A DNA stretch of 64,000 nt from the IMG/VR virus record IMGVR_UViG_3300028591_005034, positions 3,877 to 67,876 of that record; one strand, written 5' to 3'. Origin of the DNA: a virus. Lineage: Duplodnaviria; Caudoviricetes. Positions 20,446 through 29,552 of the stretch are shown here, one piece after another. How positions within the stretch are numbered: the stretch's first letter is position 1; each line of letters begins with the position of its first letter. The notes under the pieces were generated by a model that was not told where the DNA came from, did not search any database, and worked only from the letters and a program-made list of their open reading frames with translations. Both the position numbers and the translations under genes were made by a program.

Positions 20446-20844
20446 ATGGGATGGATACAGAACATAGCAAACGGAATTAATAAGACATTTAATGCTATAC
20501 GTCCAGCTTTTCCAATGATACCTGCGATACTATTGGTCTGTGAAGCCGCACATCGTCCGGGACTTTCGGCAATTGCCCTTGCAAGTGCCATAATACAAAG
20601 GCTTCCTGAGGTTGGTATAGAAACGGGTGTAAATTGTGATGGCTCACCAAATAAGATAACGGGGAAAGTTCTTGTGGAAGCACAAGAAATAGTAGACCAT
20701 TTCAAAAAATATGGTGGGACAAGAGTAGGCGTTGCCCCTGGCGAATTAAATCTTGTTGTCAACGGAATGGCTGACCCGTCAGGACATGTAACAGGATTTG
20801 CAACAAATATACAACCTATTGGTCTTAAAGGTATAATATACTAA
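20446..20844 (+). CDS. Hypothetical protein
   Basis: 132-aa ORF within the operon. Confidence 0.6.
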   Translation: MGWIQNIANGINKTFNAIRPAFPMIPAILLVCEAAHRPGLSAIALASAIIQRLPEVGIETGVNCDGSPNKITGKVLVEAQEIVDHFKKYGGTRVGVAPGELNLVVNGMADPSGHVTGFATNIQPIGLKGIIY

Positions 20845-20856
20845 ACAGATATCGTT

Positions 20857-21051
20857 ATGGATGAAGATATTAAGATGATGACAAAAGAAGAATTGGAAAA
20901 TGAACAAGTAAAACTTCATGATGAATATGAGAAAAGAAAGGAAAAATGTTATGAAGAATATCTTGCAATGACAATGCTTTCAGAAAGATACATCAAAATA
21001 GATGAAGAATTAAATAAACGTAACGGGAAAATGCGAAAAAAGGATGAATAA
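20857..21051 (+). CDS. Small hypothetical helical protein
   Basis: 64-aa ORF coupled to the next gene. Confidence 0.5.
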   Translation: MDEDIKMMTKEELENEQVKLHDEYEKRKEKCYEEYLAMTMLSERYIKIDEELNKRNGKMRKKDE

Positions 21052-21910
21052 TATCTATTTTCTTAAAGTTGAATATGTTGAAGATGACCAAGCGGGCCTT
21101 AGAATAAAGGTGAAGATACCGACTATTGATTTGGAGGATGACCCGCTTGATAAAAATTGGCCCTGGGCATTTCCCTTATTGCCCAAACATCTTCATATTA
21201 ACCCAAAAGTGGGGGAGTGTGTACTTGTGTTTTTGGAAGACCCAAAAGCCCCAAAAGGGAACAGGTTTTTCATTGGCCCCGTTATTTCGCAGCAATACCT
21301 TCTTGATTTTGACCCATATAATTTTTCATCAAGAAGTATGTTTCAGGGTAGTATCGCAAAACCATTGGTAAATCCAGATAGAGACCCCGAAAACGAAGGA
21401 ACACTTTTAGACAGAGAAGATATTGTGATTCAGGGCAGACAGAATACCGATATTGTTCAAAAGAAAAATGAAATAAGGTTAAGATGTGGTTTTAAAAAAG
21501 ACCCCGTAGCAAGACATATAACAGATAGACTTCACTATAATAGAAAGAATCCAGCTTATATTCAAATGAAATATAAGAAAATGAAAGATGCTAAGGGTAA
21601 CGATTTTTCAAGCCTTATTAATATAGTCGCTGATAGAATTAACATTTTATCACACGATTCTCCAACATACTTTAAAATGACTGACAGGGAAAATATGATT
21701 TCAGAAGATGAATTGAAAAATATATTCAATACGGCACATCCATTACCTTATGGTGATGCGTTAACTGAATTTTTACGAGGGTTAGTCAGAATATTCACAA
21801 CACATACACACCCGTTCCCAATGGACCCACCTGTTTGTGTCGAGTCTGACAGAAAATTGTTAGAAACCAATCTTGATGAAATGCTTTCAAAATCAATAAG
21901 AATAAATTAA
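21044..21910 (+). CDS. Baseplate hub/central spike protein (gp5/GpV-like)
   Basis: N-terminal OB-fold pattern RIKVKIP...PWAFPLLP...PKVGECVLVF; C-terminal HTHP metal-binding spike motif. Confidence 0.75.
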   Translation: MNNIYFLKVEYVEDDQAGLRIKVKIPTIDLEDDPLDKNWPWAFPLLPKHLHINPKVGECVLVFLEDPKAPKGNRFFIGPVISQQYLLDFDPYNFSSRSMFQGSIAKPLVNPDRDPENEGTLLDREDIVIQGRQNTDIVQKKNEIRLRCGFKKDPVARHITDRLHYNRKNPAYIQMKYKKMKDAKGNDFSSLINIVADRINILSHDSPTYFKMTDRENMISEDELKNIFNTAHPLPYGDALTEFLRGLVRIFTTHTHPFPMDPPVCVESDRKLLETNLDEMLSKSIRIN

Positions 21911-21917
21911 TAAAAAC

Positions 21918-21944
21918 GGAAGCGACTCTTAATGAGTCACTTCC
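21918..21944. terminator. Bidirectional terminator
   Basis: GGAAGCGACTC-TTAAT-GAGTCACTTCC between convergent genes. Confidence 0.7.
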
Positions 21945-21996
21945 TTATTATGTTTAGGTAATGTTATGATTATACTGTTTCTGTTTGAACAGTCCA

Positions 21997-22037
21997 TCGG
22001 TATCGTCCGCTATTTGGATGTAAAAATGGCTGGTTAA
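21997..22037. repeat. 41-bp dispersed repeat, copy 1 (copy 2 at 51989-52029)
   Basis: 33/41 ungapped identity by manual alignment. Confidence 0.55.
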
Positions 22038-22774
22038 CCAATTACAGCACGAATGGTGTAGCCAAACCATCTCATTTCTCTATCTATTCCAAGTTCATCA
22101 TCTCCTGCATAAAAGTATTCAACATACCCTTTATTAATAACAATTTCATTTGAAACTGAATTAACGTAGTTACCAACAACTTCAAATTGACCATCTATAA
22201 TCCACCCACCGAAGGGGATAAATATTGTATTATTACTGTTGCTTTTACTGATAAACAATATACCTGTTTTTCCGCCTTTGGTTATTGTTTCTTGTGTGGT
22301 TTCGCTCATTAACTCCGAAAATTCATCAGGTGTTGGCATACGCCATTCACCACCCATGTTGACATGTGCGGCATCATCTTCAGATTCCAAAACAGTTTTG
22401 CCATCGGTTGAATTATACTTGGTGTATCCAATACCACTGCTCCACCATTTGTAATCGGTTTCAAGAAATGGTTTTTGACCATCACCCGTTCCTACTTGGT
22501 CAGCAGTGTAACCTTGTATGTCACCCCATTGGAAATACCGGCCATAATCGGTTTCTGTTTCGGCACCGACATTGCATTTGGCCCAAAGTGTACCGCTTGG
22601 TAAACCCAAGTCAACGTATTCGTGGCCATTGAATGGGTCGTATGGTGGTGTATATTTGTTAAAGTGAACCTCATTAAGGTCTACACAATAGGATACGTTG
22701 GGCAATACTGCCCCCCCCCCGTTTATGTATGCCTCGTAATCGGCATGTCTGTCAAATTTCTTAATGTATTTCAT
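22034..22774 (-). CDS. Bacteroidota-type C-lectin-fold (DUF1566/FISUMP-related) adhesin-like protein
   Basis: HEYVDLGLPSGTLWAKCNVGA...YGRYFQWG...DDAAHVNMGGEWRMPT...R..G.TIRAV; own ATAAATA motif at 22794-22800. Confidence 0.75.
   Translation of the reverse strand: MKYIKKFDRHADYEAYINGGGAVLPNVSYCVDLNEVHFNKYTPPYDPFNGHEYVDLGLPSGTLWAKCNVGAETETDYGRYFQWGDIQGYTADQVGTGDGQKPFLETDYKWWSSGIGYTKYNSTDGKTVLESEDDAAHVNMGGEWRMPTPDEFSELMSETTQETITKGGKTGILFISKSNSNNTIFIPFGGWIIDGQFEVVGNYVNSVSNEIVINKGYVEYFYAGDDELGIDREMRWFGYTIRAVIG
22711..22720 (-). repeat. G10 homopolymer in the 5' part of the lectin-fold gene
   Basis: C10 on the + strand, encoding NGGGA. Confidence 0.9.
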
Positions 22775-22825
22775 AAAGTCTATCGTTTTATCTATAAATA
22801 GATGTTAAATGCAAAAATGACAGAC

Positions 22826-23146
22826 TCATTTATTGTAGAACGGGTTATCTTTAAGAGAAAGAATAACCCGTTCTTTTTCTTCACATATTTCATTGAATAA
22901 ATGTACATCTTCATTGTCCAGTGCGAACCATTCGTTTAACTCCTTCTTTGGATAAAAATGGTTGTGAAGCATTTTCTCTATCTTATATGGATGTTCTGTT
23001 TCGTGAAATGCCACCAAATGAAGTTCAGTACCATTACCCGTCTGAAGTTTTTTCAAACGGTTTTCCAATTTACCCCTTGTTAGACCGATTTTAAATAAAT
23101 CTGTTGATGGGTCACATATTAAATAAACAAAACCCTTTTTAGACAT
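22826..23146 (-). CDS. GIY-YIG-superfamily T5orf172/MUG113-like protein
   Basis: GFVYLI...LFKIGLT...RLKKLQTGN...IEKMLH...EWF. Confidence 0.8.
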   Translation of the reverse strand: MSKKGFVYLICDPSTDLFKIGLTRGKLENRLKKLQTGNGTELHLVAFHETEHPYKIEKMLHNHFYPKKELNEWFALDNEDVHLFNEICEEKERVILSLKDNPFYNK

Positions 23147-23186
23147 ACCTACATTAAAATAGGGGGTTCCATTATAATAATCAAAC

Positions 23187-23193
23187 TATTTAT
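23187..23193 (+). promoter_or_regulatory. Phage promoter-like motif TATTTAT (representative copy of at least 20 in the window)
   Basis: Found about 15-40 nt upstream of starts, in sense orientation, on both strands; see findings. Confidence 0.7.
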
Positions 23194-23208
23194 AATAAAA
23201 GATTAACA

Positions 23209-24651
23209 ATGGCAATAAATACCAAAACATATATATCTAAAAGTAATACAATTGTAAAAGGCTCTAATGTCAATCTTGCACTTAATCCCATAATGGAATT
23301 AAATTACGGAAAAATGTTGACAAGAGGAATGATATACTTTGATATGAAAAAGGTTAAAGAAAGGATTGAAGATAAAATTTATCCTGACCTTTCAAAGTTT
23401 AAACATGTCCTGCATATGGTTAATACCGCTTCTGTTAATGACAGAAAAATAAACTGTTTTATGATGGATAGCGAGTATAATGATAAAAAACAACGTGCAA
23501 TTTCGTTTGATATAATATTTTTCCTAATTCCACGAGATTGGGACCAAGGCAGGGGATTTGACTATGTGCAGGATTTATACAACGGTAAACATCGTGGATT
23601 ATCAGACGATGCGTCAACTTGGTACAAGTACCGTAATTATTGTCCTTGGGACGAAGAAGGTATATATTCAACTGATACACTATCAAGAGAACTTGATGCG
23701 TTTACATCACTTAATGGCAATCAATCAAAAGTAATCATCGGTTACCAACACTTTGATAAGGGTAATGAACCAATTGAATTTGATATAACAGAAACCGTTA
23801 ATAAGTTTTTAACGGGAGAACTATGTAATTACGGAATTGGTATAGCCTTTTCACCGATTTTTGAGGAAACAACAACAGATTATTCACAGTATGTAGGTTT
23901 CTTTACACAACACACCAATTCATTTTTTGAACCATATATCGAGACCACATATGATGATTATATTAATGATGACAGAAGTCAGTTCTATCTAGATAAACCT
24001 AATAGATTGTATTTTTATAGCAATATTGGTAGTGAATCCGTTAATCTTGATGAAATGCCGATTGCAGAAGTTGATGGGGTGCTTTATGAAGCAAAACAGA
24101 CAACAAAAGGCGCATATTACATTGATATTGAACTTTCATCAGAAAACTATGAGGAAGAAACAATGGTTTACGACATATGGAGAAACATCAAATACAAAGG
24201 AAGAGAATTTCCTGAAGTTGAACTGAGTTTTATTGTTAAAAACCAAACTGGATATTACTCATTTGGTTTACCTGTTGAAGAAGGCCAATCATCAGGTTTA
24301 AAATTTATTCCGTCTATCTATGGAATAACACATCAAGAAAAAATTAGACGTGGCGATATAAGAAAACTAACCATAGACTGCAAAGTTCCATACACGTCAA
24401 ATAAACTTTATGCAGTAGATAATATGGAGTACCGTCTTTACACAAAAGAAGGTTTAAGAGAGATTGATGTAATTGATTATACAAAACTTGAAAGGATGTA
24501 TAATTCTAATTTCTTCTATATTGATACTAATGATTTAATTCCTTCAAGATACTATATTGATGTAAAGATAAAGTATGACATGGAAGAAATTTACCATAGA
24601 GATATACTTGAATTTGATATTGTAAATGATGTAACAGAAGTTTATAATTAA
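23209..24651 (+). CDS. Probable structural (baseplate/tail) protein
   Basis: 480-aa beta-rich ORF with TATTTAT at 23187-23193. Confidence 0.55.
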   Translation: MAINTKTYISKSNTIVKGSNVNLALNPIMELNYGKMLTRGMIYFDMKKVKERIEDKIYPDLSKFKHVLHMVNTASVNDRKINCFMMDSEYNDKKQRAISFDIIFFLIPRDWDQGRGFDYVQDLYNGKHRGLSDDASTWYKYRNYCPWDEEGIYSTDTLSRELDAFTSLNGNQSKVIIGYQHFDKGNEPIEFDITETVNKFLTGELCNYGIGIAFSPIFEETTTDYSQYVGFFTQHTNSFFEPYIETTYDDYINDDRSQFYLDKPNRLYFYSNIGSESVNLDEMPIAEVDGVLYEAKQTTKGAYYIDIELSSENYEEETMVYDIWRNIKYKGREFPEVELSFIVKNQTGYYSFGLPVEEGQSSGLKFIPSIYGITHQEKIRRGDIRKLTIDCKVPYTSNKLYAVDNMEYRLYTKEGLREIDVIDYTKLERMYNSNFFYIDTNDLIPSRYYIDVKIKYDMEEIYHRDILEFDIVNDVTEVYN

Positions 24652-24652
24652 A

Positions 24653-25603
24653 ATGTTAGAAGAGATAATAAAACATACAATTAATACTTATATAAGGGAG
24701 AATTACAGGATAGGCGATGGTGATGATGAATGCTACACAAGGTATATTGATGTTGAAAGCGAATTATCGAACTATAACCTAAGTGGTAAAATTATATATT
24801 GCCCATGTGATAACCCGTCACACTCAGCATTTTGGAAATACTTCTATAAAAATTTTCATGATATTGGTTTACTATGTCTATATGCGACTTACGTGTCAGA
24901 TGAACCAATGTTATGGAAATATGATGGTGAAAATATTGAAAAAACACCGATTGCATCGGGTAAGTTCCAAGATAATGGGGATATTATTGAATTATGTGAT
25001 ATAGTAGCCACAAATCCACCATTTTCTTCAAGACAAACTGAACAGTTACTTGATATGGTAAAAGAACGTGGTAAAGATATTATTACAGTGGGAAGAAAGA
25101 CTTTTGCTTCTTCGGATAAGGTGTTTGGTTATATAAAAAGTGATGAATTAAGAAATGGTTATAATGACATTAATCGTTTTATGCATCCTGATGGTACGGA
25201 AAATAAACATTCTGCTGCATGGTACACAACATTACCTGTAAAAAGAGGTGATTATAAAACAGGTAAAAAATATGACCCAAGTTTATATCTTAAATATGAT
25301 GATTATGACGCAATAGAAGTACCAAGTGTTAGAGATATACCTGATGATTATGATGGCTTAATGGGTGTACCTAATAATGGAGGTGGCTTTTTAAGAGTAC
25401 ATAATCCAGAACAATTTGAAATTGACACCAAAATAAGAAGGCCAAAGATTAATGGTAAACCTGTTGGTGGAGATAGAATACTAATAAAAAGAAAGATGAA
25501 AGAAAACATAAAAAGAACAATAAAATTATCTGAAAATGATTTACACAATATAGTAAGAAAAATCATTTATGAAATAAATTTAAAAAATATACCCGAACAG
25601 TAA
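24653..25603 (+). CDS. Adenine-specific DNA methyltransferase, EcoRI family, with leader-like motifs at both ends
   Basis: IIYCPCDNP, GKFQ, DIVATNPPFS, YDDYDAIEV...IPDDYDGLMGVP; C-terminal KRTIKLSENDLHNIVRKIIYE. Confidence 0.8.
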   Translation: MLEEIIKHTINTYIRENYRIGDGDDECYTRYIDVESELSNYNLSGKIIYCPCDNPSHSAFWKYFYKNFHDIGLLCLYATYVSDEPMLWKYDGENIEKTPIASGKFQDNGDIIELCDIVATNPPFSSRQTEQLLDMVKERGKDIITVGRKTFASSDKVFGYIKSDELRNGYNDINRFMHPDGTENKHSAAWYTTLPVKRGDYKTGKKYDPSLYLKYDDYDAIEVPSVRDIPDDYDGLMGVPNNGGGFLRVHNPEQFEIDTKIRRPKINGKPVGGDRILIKRKMKENIKRTIKLSENDLHNIVRKIIYEINLKNIPEQ

Positions 25604-25607
25604 TAAT

Positions 25608-25633
25608 AAACGCTGCCCAAACGGACAGCGTTT
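25608..25633. terminator. Bidirectional terminator
   Basis: AAACGCTG...CAGCGTTT between convergent genes. Confidence 0.65.
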
Positions 25634-25639
25634 CTGTTT

Positions 25640-27754
25640 TTAATCGTAGTAATTCATATTAATATTATGTTTTTCAATATAATCATCATACCAGTCAACA
25701 GTTCCATTAGATAAATCGAGTACGTATTTGTTGGAGTAATTTTTTTCCTCGCCATAAAAACTGACAATCAACAAACCTTTGTTATTGGCCAACTTTTGTA
25801 GCCTTTCAGAGTCAAATGAATCTGTGTGTGAAATTAATGGTAGCCATTCATTAAAACAAGGTTTAAGGGATTTGTCCAAAAAGTTGCATTTCCCGTTCAA
25901 ATCGACAACCCAAAAATCCTTCATAAAATATGGACTTTGAATACTGTCATACCAAACGTCACTTAAATAGTTTCCATTAATGTCAGCAAAATTACATTTC
26001 CCATTGACTGAAACTGCTATTATTTCATTATCTTTAAAAGCAGAAAGCAGTTTATCAACCCATTGTCTGAATACTGACGTTGGCTTTCCGTTACGTAAAT
26101 TTGCAATGTTACATTTGTCACCAATTCTCACAAACATTAAACCTGTGTTATTCGCGTCAAACCCCATATAAAGTATTTCATCAAAACCAAAATTTTGAAA
26201 AACAAGTTTTTGTGAATCAATATCGTATAAGTTTGCCTTGTTGTTTTCATAAACAATGCAGTATCCATCTCGCGGTATTGCAGGTTTCTCAAACCAATCA
26301 TTTAATAACAAGAAAAACTTTCCGTTATTATCATGGTCAATATAATTTGTTTTGCCCTCCTGATTACGAACTTTGATATATCCACCACATCCTTTGTATT
26401 CAATTTCATCAAACCATTCTTTAAGCAATATATTACCATTGATATCCATTATGTTTTTCTTGTCATTACTTTCAACAATAAATAAAGACCCGTCATCATA
26501 ACCTTCAATCTGATACATCCTTTGTGGACAGTTTTCAAACCATATTTTCGAAACATAAGTACCATCTTCCTTTAAAAGATTGTGCATACCGGCTTTTTTA
26601 ACTTCCGCAACGCCATCATAAAAATCATCTGCGTAATCGAAGCCTTCCCTATTTTCATTATCACACCATAGATAATCACCTGTCTCTGCATTAATGAAAA
26701 AATAATCTTCGCCATAATAATCACAGGCTTTTATAAATCCTTCTGTTTCTCCCTGATATTGAAAATAACCACTAACTATATTATTTTCGCTATCAAGAAG
26801 AACAGCACACACATTATCATCATCATAATAATTTGAACGTTTTGAAATAACCCCAATGCGATAATTGGAATTACCATTACACGGTTCATAAATGTCCAAA
26901 AAAACGTCTTCAGGGTTTTGACCATTGTTAATCATCTGTTCAACTTGGTATAATATTTCATCCGGTTCTCCACCGCCAAGTAGGGATAAATAGCCCTTTG
27001 GTTTATTTTTCTTGTAAAATTCCAAAAGCCCGTCACTCAATCCGATTTCGTATGCACTTTCAATAGGTGAATCGCTTGCATCCATAAAGGAATCAGTTTC
27101 AAAATGAAATTGATATTTTTCACCCGTTTTTTTATTGATATTGATATATAGTGGTCCTTGTCTGTTGTAATCATCAAAATAGTTTCTACTTCCAGTTGCA
27201 GCCGTACACCACTGTGTACCTTTACCATATTCTATTGCGGCTTCCTGTGTCTTCGGTACAATCACCAACCACTCATCATCTTCATAGACCTTTTCGGCAC
27301 CTTCTTTAATTTTGCGTAATTCTTCCTTATGCGATGCTGCTTGAGTATTATCAGCATATGGTTCAATAGTTTGAAACAGGTCTTGTAAAGACTTGTATTG
27401 TCCAATGTCCTTACGTTCTAGTTTACCTTTATATTTGTGGAATGTAGTTAAGTACTCGGTTGCCTTATATAAATCCTCAAGTTTGAGATTACCGCCAGTA
27501 TATAATGCAAGTAGCCATTTGGAGTATTTACCCATTTTGTCATTGCCCGATGTTGGGTCAGCAGCAACGATTTCCCTGAATTCTTCCTCAGGTATTTGGC
27601 TATAATATTTTTCGTGAACATCTGCAAGTGATGCTGCTTCGAGGATTAATTCTTCAGTAAGTAAGTTAAATTCCCTAAAACCGCTATCAATACGTTCCAA
27701 AAGGCTGTATATTTTACTTATATTGTTTGTCATTTCAATGAATTTGTTTTTCAT
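25640..27754 (-). CDS. PcfJ-like domain + WG-type repeat protein (paralogue)
   Basis: N-terminal ~200 aa nearly identical to the module starting at 6569; divergent repeat C-terminus. Confidence 0.8.
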   Translation of the reverse strand: MKNKFIEMTNNISKIYSLLERIDSGFREFNLLTEELILEAASLADVHEKYYSQIPEEEFREIVAADPTSGNDKMGKYSKWLLALYTGGNLKLEDLYKATEYLTTFHKYKGKLERKDIGQYKSLQDLFQTIEPYADNTQAASHKEELRKIKEGAEKVYEDDEWLVIVPKTQEAAIEYGKGTQWCTAATGSRNYFDDYNRQGPLYININKKTGEKYQFHFETDSFMDASDSPIESAYEIGLSDGLLEFYKKNKPKGYLSLLGGGEPDEILYQVEQMINNGQNPEDVFLDIYEPCNGNSNYRIGVISKRSNYYDDDNVCAVLLDSENNIVSGYFQYQGETEGFIKACDYYGEDYFFINAETGDYLWCDNENREGFDYADDFYDGVAEVKKAGMHNLLKEDGTYVSKIWFENCPQRMYQIEGYDDGSLFIVESNDKKNIMDINGNILLKEWFDEIEYKGCGGYIKVRNQEGKTNYIDHDNNGKFFLLLNDWFEKPAIPRDGYCIVYENNKANLYDIDSQKLVFQNFGFDEILYMGFDANNTGLMFVRIGDKCNIANLRNGKPTSVFRQWVDKLLSAFKDNEIIAVSVNGKCNFADINGNYLSDVWYDSIQSPYFMKDFWVVDLNGKCNFLDKSLKPCFNEWLPLISHTDSFDSERLQKLANNKGLLIVSFYGEEKNYSNKYVLDLSNGTVDWYDDYIEKHNINMNYYD

Positions 27755-29552
27755 TTATTTTATAAATTGATGTAGGTGTAACTTGATAAAATTCACGCTT
27801 ATAAGAAGTACCTTTTACCCTTCCGTCATTAATCTTCCTTATACCGCCAAATTCACCAGTTTTTGGGTTTGTGTGAATTATTCCATCAAACCATTCATCA
27901 GACAAAAGTCTGCCATCTTTTAAAAGAATATTCGTCTTGTCATTTAAGACAACTCTACCATAATTATATGGGAAATTATGGAAATCAGTAAATCTAAAGA
28001 CCCTATCAAACCATAAATCAGGAGAAAGGATTTTCCCGTCTTGTTTAGAAATATAATTTTGTTTTCCGTTTAAAGTAACTATAATCATAGAAGTATAAAA
28101 AGTGCCTACCTCATCAAACCACAAATCAGGTGATAATAAAAATCCGTTTTCCCAAATTATATTTTTTTTGTTGCCTTCAAATACTGTGGCAACACCTCCT
28201 GATAGAAATTGCCCAATTTTTTCATATTCGTTAGAAATTATTTTTTTTACTGTGTAATCAAAAATGGCGAATTTTCCATTAAGAAGTTGTACCGGAGCAA
28301 CATCATTAGAAGCCCATCCGATATTTTTAAACCATAAATCAGGAGAAAGGATTTCACCGTTCTCGTTCATTATGTTGGCTTGTTCATCGATTTTAAAAGT
28401 AAATAATCCAGGTTTTCCGAAAAACCCTATATAATCTAACCATTTGTTTGGTGACACAAGAGTTCCATCATATTTAAGCAAGTTATAGGTGCTTTTTGAT
28501 TTCAAATCCCACGTATCAAGAATGTTATCATAATCATAAATTGTAACTAACCACCAATCGTTATTTAAATCACTTCTTTCTATATCATCAAACCACATAT
28601 TGGGCGAAATAAGTTGTCCATTTATGTCTAAAACATTTTTCTTGCCATCATTAGTAACAATAGAAGTTCCATCACGTTCATCTGCAAAACCTATTTCATC
28701 ATAACCTTCATCATTAATCCACCTACCATTTAAATCAACAAGACGATGTTTTTTCCCTACTTCAAAGTATATGTAGTAGTTTGTATCTTCGCGTTTCTCG
28801 AGCATTCCTGTTGTTAAAAGTCCATATTTATTCTCATAAAATTTTTCGAGTTGACTACTAAGACCTATTTCATACATGTCAACAGGCGAATCGGTTTCAT
28901 CCATAAAAGATTGAGATTCAAAGTGAAACTGATATTTTTCACCAGTTTTTTTGTTTATATTGATATAAAGAAAGCCTTCATTATTGTAGTCCTCAAAATA
29001 ATTCCAACTTCCTGTTGCAGCCGTACACCACTGTGTACCTTTACCATATTCTATAGCAGCAGCCTCAGTATGAGGTACAATCACCAACCACTCATCATCT
29101 TCATAAACCTTCTCAGCGTCTTGCTTGATTTGTCTGATTTCTTCTTTATGTGATGCGGCTTGTGTGTTATCAAGATAAGGGCTTACAGAATTGAATAATT
29201 CGGGCAAAGATTTATATTGTCCAATATCTTTTTTATCTAATTTATTTTTATATTTGTGGAACGTAGTAAGGTATTGTGTCGCTTTATACAGGTCTTCAAG
29301 TTTCAGATTTCCATTTGTATATAAGGCTAATAGCCATTTAGAGTACTTACCCATCTTGTCATCACCTGATGTTGGGTCTGCTGCTACAATCTGTTTAAAG
29401 TCATCCTCAGGTATTTGATTATAATATTTTTCATGAACGTCATCAAGTGATGCCGCTTCAAGAATAAGCCATTCATTTATGAATGAAAAATCCCTAAACG
29501 TATGGTCAATACGTTCCAATAAATCATATATTTTATTTAACTCCTGTTCCAT
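27735..29552 (-). CDS. PcfJ-like domain + WG-type repeat protein (tandem paralogue)
   Basis: Start taken at ATG 29552 (MEQELNKIYDLLERID); same constant domain; many ILSPDLWFD repeats. Confidence 0.8.
   Translation of the reverse strand: MEQELNKIYDLLERIDHTFRDFSFINEWLILEAASLDDVHEKYYNQIPEDDFKQIVAADPTSGDDKMGKYSKWLLALYTNGNLKLEDLYKATQYLTTFHKYKNKLDKKDIGQYKSLPELFNSVSPYLDNTQAASHKEEIRQIKQDAEKVYEDDEWLVIVPHTEAAAIEYGKGTQWCTAATGSWNYFEDYNNEGFLYININKKTGEKYQFHFESQSFMDETDSPVDMYEIGLSSQLEKFYENKYGLLTTGMLEKREDTNYYIYFEVGKKHRLVDLNGRWINDEGYDEIGFADERDGTSIVTNDGKKNVLDINGQLISPNMWFDDIERSDLNNDWWLVTIYDYDNILDTWDLKSKSTYNLLKYDGTLVSPNKWLDYIGFFGKPGLFTFKIDEQANIMNENGEILSPDLWFKNIGWASNDVAPVQLLNGKFAIFDYTVKKIISNEYEKIGQFLSGGVATVFEGNKKNIIWENGFLLSPDLWFDEVGTFYTSMIIVTLNGKQNYISKQDGKILSPDLWFDRVFRFTDFHNFPYNYGRVVLNDKTNILLKDGRLLSDEWFDGIIHTNPKTGEFGGIRKINDGRVKGTSYKREFYQVTPTSIYKINEKQIH

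Noticed and set aside
21966-22037. Small plus-strand peptides (...IVRY..VKM.G) encoded by the two 41-bp repeats
   Set aside because: Both would start after or run through terminators and have no shared start. The similarity is recorded as a DNA repeat instead.
22034-22210. DGR variable region in the lectin-fold gene
   Set aside because: No template repeat or reverse transcriptase in the window, and the loss of the usual YWSS tryptophan cannot arise from adenine-specific mutagenesis. A DGR elsewhere in the genome is not excluded.
6569-29460. Invertible shufflon between the oppositely oriented paralogues
   Set aside because: The copies differ at many synonymous sites, the longest exact match I noticed is about 29 bp, and no recombinase or short conserved crossover sites are evident. 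This fits older duplication.
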